Shown here: one piece after another, positions 61,162 to 64,000 of the stretch
Numbering within the stretch: position 1 is the stretch's first letter
Layout: every line of letters starts with the position of its first letter
NCBI GenBank assembly: GCA_965203805.1
Contig: OZ241917.1
Span: 2,400,001 to 2,464,000 of the forward strand
Length of the DNA: 64,000 nucleotides
Source: Candidatus Latescibacterota bacterium
Lineage (GTDB): Bacteria > Latescibacterota > UBA2968 > GCA-2709665
Direction of reading: 5' to 3'
Program-made: the position numbers and the translations under genes
Notes under the pieces: generated by a model
Database searches by the model: none
Told to the model about the DNA's origin: nothing
The model's input: the letters and a program-made list of their open reading frames with translations, nothing else

Positions 61162-62661
61162 ATGACCCGCCGCTGCGCAGCGGCGTCACTTTGGATTCTC
61201 AAGGCCATTAAAGCCGCACCGATTCGCTTTTTGCGTTCGACCAACGCCCGGCTCTTCATCCTGGTCGCGCTCCTGACGCCCCCCGCGGTTGCCTGTTTCC
61301 ACCGGGTGCAGATGGACGATCCGTATATTACGTACCGATATGCGCGAAATTTGGCGGAAGGCCGCGGGTTCATCTATAACGAAGGCGAACGGGTGCTGGG
61401 AACCACGGCTCCTCTTTACGCCGTGATCCTGTCCCTGCCCGGCCGGATTGCCGGGGACTATCCGCTGTTCAGCACCCTTCTCAGCGGCGCCGCGCTGGGA
61501 GCGCTTGGGCTGCTGATCGGTCGCATTCTCGCCTGCTTCAATGAAGACACGGCGGGTTTCGTTGCCGCGTTTCTCGTGGTCCTGAATCCGTACCTCGGCG
61601 ACGTACTCGGCTTTGAACTGATTCTGTTCCAGGCGCTGATATTCGGCGCCTACGCCGCTTACTTTTCCAACCGCCCGTGTCTGGCGGCATTTCTGCTTGC
61701 CCTGGGCACGCTTACCCGCGGGGACGGGCTTGTGCCCGCGGGACTGATCCTGGGCCACCACCTGTGGACACGACGGCGGCAGGCCTTGCGGCCGATTCTC
61801 GTCTTCGCGATCGTTGTCGGCGGGTGGTCGATCTACGCGACCTCGACTTTCGGATCGCCGTTTCCGAATACGCTCGAGGCAAAGCGCGCCATGGGCGCAA
61901 GCGGGCTCTGGCGGTCGCTGTGGCATGGCGTCCTTTATACGGGCCGGCGATACCTTGAGTTGTCGCCGTTGTTTCTCTGGTTCGTCCTGCCGGCGCTCGT
62001 TGGCGCCAGACGGATTTTGAGTCTGGACAGGCGAATTCTGCTCATTGCGGGCTGGCCGGTATCCATCTTTCTCGGGTACTGGGCGATGGGCGTGCCAGCG
62101 GCCTACAATTATTATGCAGGGCTGGTGCCGCTCCTGATGATCCTGACCGCCCTCGGAACGGTCTCACTGACCGGTTGGGTCGCGGAACGCCGTCCGGTCT
62201 GGCGCGCTTATGGAGTACGGATAACCGCGCTGCTGTGCATTCCACTGGTGATTGCCGTGCTCACCCCCACCGTCAGGCAGTTGGGGCGGGAGCCTCAGCC
62301 GAGGTACACGGTCTACAAATCGGCGGGGGAGTGGCTTGCCGAAAATACACCGGCAAAGGCGTCTGTCGGAATGGTGGAAATCGGTATCGTGGGATTTTAC
62401 AGCGATCGGTACATCGTGGACCTGTGTGGTCTGGTCACCCCCACGGTTGGTCCCCACCTGGCAACCGGAGACGTCTCGTGGCCCGTCCGGACGTACCGGC
62501 CGGATTATATGATTCTGCACGATCCGTTATGGGCTTCGCTGGAGAACCCGATTGCGTCCGCACAGTGGTTCAGAGACGCCTACGAACGCGTCAGGACCTT
62601 CGACGGCCCCCGGCCCTACCGGCTTGCCGTTTACAAAAAAAACGACGTCGATTCTCGTTGA
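61162..62661 (+). CDS. Membrane GT-C-like glycosyltransferase
   Basis: DDPYITYRYARNL...YNEGERVLGTTAPL, TRGDG, PNT and DLCGLV motifs. Confidence 0.78.
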   Translation: MTRRCAAASLWILKAIKAAPIRFLRSTNARLFILVALLTPPAVACFHRVQMDDPYITYRYARNLAEGRGFIYNEGERVLGTTAPLYAVILSLPGRIAGDYPLFSTLLSGAALGALGLLIGRILACFNEDTAGFVAAFLVVLNPYLGDVLGFELILFQALIFGAYAAYFSNRPCLAAFLLALGTLTRGDGLVPAGLILGHHLWTRRRQALRPILVFAIVVGGWSIYATSTFGSPFPNTLEAKRAMGASGLWRSLWHGVLYTGRRYLELSPLFLWFVLPALVGARRILSLDRRILLIAGWPVSIFLGYWAMGVPAAYNYYAGLVPLLMILTALGTVSLTGWVAERRPVWRAYGVRITALLCIPLVIAVLTPTVRQLGREPQPRYTVYKSAGEWLAENTPAKASVGMVEIGIVGFYSDRYIVDLCGLVTPTVGPHLATGDVSWPVRTYRPDYMILHDPLWASLENPIASAQWFRDAYERVRTFDGPRPYRLAVYKKNDVDSR

Positions 62662-62738
62662 AAAAACAGGCGGGCGCCCTGCCCGCCGCGCTCGGTGTTC
62701 TGGTGGGTCGGATAATCTAAAAGAGGAGGAATCGCGAA

Positions 62739-63020
62739 ATGGGTGAAGCCCTTGGCATGATCGAAACCAGAGGTCTGGTGGCGATGATCGAGGCAACCGA
62801 CGCCATGGTGAAAGCGGCCAATGTGAAGCTGGTCAACTGGGAGAAGATCGGGGCGGGATACGTAACCGCCGTCGTCCGCGGCGACGTGGCCGCGGTCAAA
62901 GCCGCCACGGAGGCGGGCGCCGCGGCCGCCGGCAAGATCGGCGAACTGATATCCGTGCATGTCATCCCGCGCCCACACGGCAGTCTGGAAGACGTGCTGC
63001 CCATCGGCAAATCGTCCTGA
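62739..63020 (+). CDS. eutM: BMC hexamer shell protein (EutM/PduA-like)
   Basis: ALGMIETRG...DAMVKAANV...[10 protein letters not shown]...HVIPRPH. Confidence 0.96.
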   Translation: MGEALGMIETRGLVAMIEATDAMVKAANVKLVNWEKIGAGYVTAVVRGDVAAVKAATEAGAAAAGKIGELISVHVIPRPHGSLEDVLPIGKSS

Positions 63021-63037
63021 ACCCCTGAGCGTTACCA

Positions 63038-63343
63038 ATGATTCTGGGTAAAGTGGTGGGGACGGTCGTCGCCACCCAGAAAGACAGGGGCCTTGAAGGC
63101 TTCAAGCTCCAGGTCGTTCAGACCCTGGACATTCAGACCCTGGAGCCGGGAAGTCGTTTCCTGGTCGCCGTCGACGCCGTCGGCGCCGGAACCCAGGAAG
63201 TGGTCCTGTGCACAAGCGGCAGTTCCGCTCGCATGACGGGCTCGACCGAAGACCGTCCGGTGGACGCGGTCGTCGTCGCGATCGTCGATTCCGTCGAAAT
63301 GGAAGGCGAAACGACCTACCGCAAGGACACCGGTTCCTTCTGA
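63038..63343 (+). CDS. eutN: BMC pentamer vertex protein EutN/CcmL
   Basis: MILGKVVGTVVATQK...VAVDAVGAG...GSSAR...DAVVVAIVD. Confidence 0.95.
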   Translation: MILGKVVGTVVATQKDRGLEGFKLQVVQTLDIQTLEPGSRFLVAVDAVGAGTQEVVLCTSGSSARMTGSTEDRPVDAVVVAIVDSVEMEGETTYRKDTGSF

Positions 63344-63354
63344 GTTTCGAATCG

Positions 63355-64000
63355 ATGAATATCAGCGAAGCACAAATAAGGTCGGTTGTTGAGGAAGTCG
63401 TCCGTACCCTGGCGCCGGAGAAGCGGGCGCCCGCGGTCGTCTCGTCTCCGGCCCGGCCGGCCGCAAACGGGGACGACGGCATCTTCGAACAACTCGACCA
63501 CGCGGTCGACGCGGCTGCCGTCGCGCAGCGGGGCCTGGAAGCCCTGTCGCTCGAAACCAGGCGAGGAATCATCGAGGCCATTCGGAAGGCGGCGCTGGAA
63601 CACGCCAAGGGCCTCGCGCAGATGACCATCGACGAAACCGGCATGGGCAGAATTGCCCATAAAATCCGGAAATTCGACGTGGTCGCCCGGCTCACGCCGG
63701 GCGTCGAAGACCTGGAACCGGTTGCCTGGACCGGAGACCGCGGACTGACCGTTGTCGAGCTGGCGCCCTTCGGCGTGGTTGCCGCCGTCACACCCTCCAC
63801 CCACCCGGTCCCAACGACCGTAAACAATGCCATCAGCCTCATCTCCGCCGGGAACGGCGCCGTATTTGCGCCGCACCCCGCCGCCAAAAACGTCTCCCTC
63901 CTGGGCATCCAGATCCTCAATCGGGCCATCGTCCACGCGGGCGGGCCCGCGAATCTCCTGACCGCGGTCCGCGAGCCCGGTATCCAGACCGCACAGGACC
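63355..64000 (+). CDS. eutE: CoA-acylating aldehyde dehydrogenase (EutE/PduP-like), 5' part, runs off the window
   Basis: Read manually: MNISEAQIRSVVEEVV...ETGMGRIAHK...TPGVEDL...PFGVVAAVTPSTHP...AGNGAVFAPHP. Confidence 0.92.
   Translation, partial: MNISEAQIRSVVEEVVRTLAPEKRAPAVVSSPARPAANGDDGIFEQLDHAVDAAAVAQRGLEALSLETRRGIIEAIRKAALEHAKGLAQMTIDETGMGRIAHKIRKFDVVARLTPGVEDLEPVAWTGDRGLTVVELAPFGVVAAVTPSTHPVPTTVNNAISLISAGNGAVFAPHPAAKNVSLLGIQILNRAIVHAGGPANLLTAVREPGIQTAQD

Overview
GC-rich bacterial chromosomal segment. T9SS-type C-terminal domains, PorV, a C25 peptidase, a dockerin-like EF-hand tail and a BMC locus suggest an FCB-group organism such as Candidatus Latescibacterota (inference). 1-12.3 kb holds a complete type I-B CRISPR-Cas locus on the minus strand: cas6-cas8(Cst1)-cas7-cas5-cas3-cas1-cas2-cas4, then the leader and a 52-repeat array that may run past the left edge. 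12.3-15.7 kb is an accessory patch with a degenerate repeat-spacer-repeat mini-array just upstream of cas6, a duplicated structured element carrying a 5-codon mini-ORF, a UDG-superfamily gene with altered motifs, a secreted helical-repeat protein, a collapsed mosaic duplicate and a truncated aspartic protease. 15.7-46 kb has housekeeping and envelope genes (YbjQ, MBL hydrolase, ABC transporter, S41 peptidase, RfbD, PorV, T9SS cargo, BamA-like protein, enolase, Nramp, C25 peptidase). 46-60 kb is a Wzx-dependent surface polysaccharide cluster with a sulfotransferase. 60-64 kb is the start of a bacterial microcompartment operon (pduL, BMC-H, BMC-P, aldehyde dehydrogenase) interrupted by a GT-C gene. 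The main leads are the possible CreTA/CreR-like RNA module upstream of cas6 and four spacers that tile one ~70-nt coding locus in different sequence variants.
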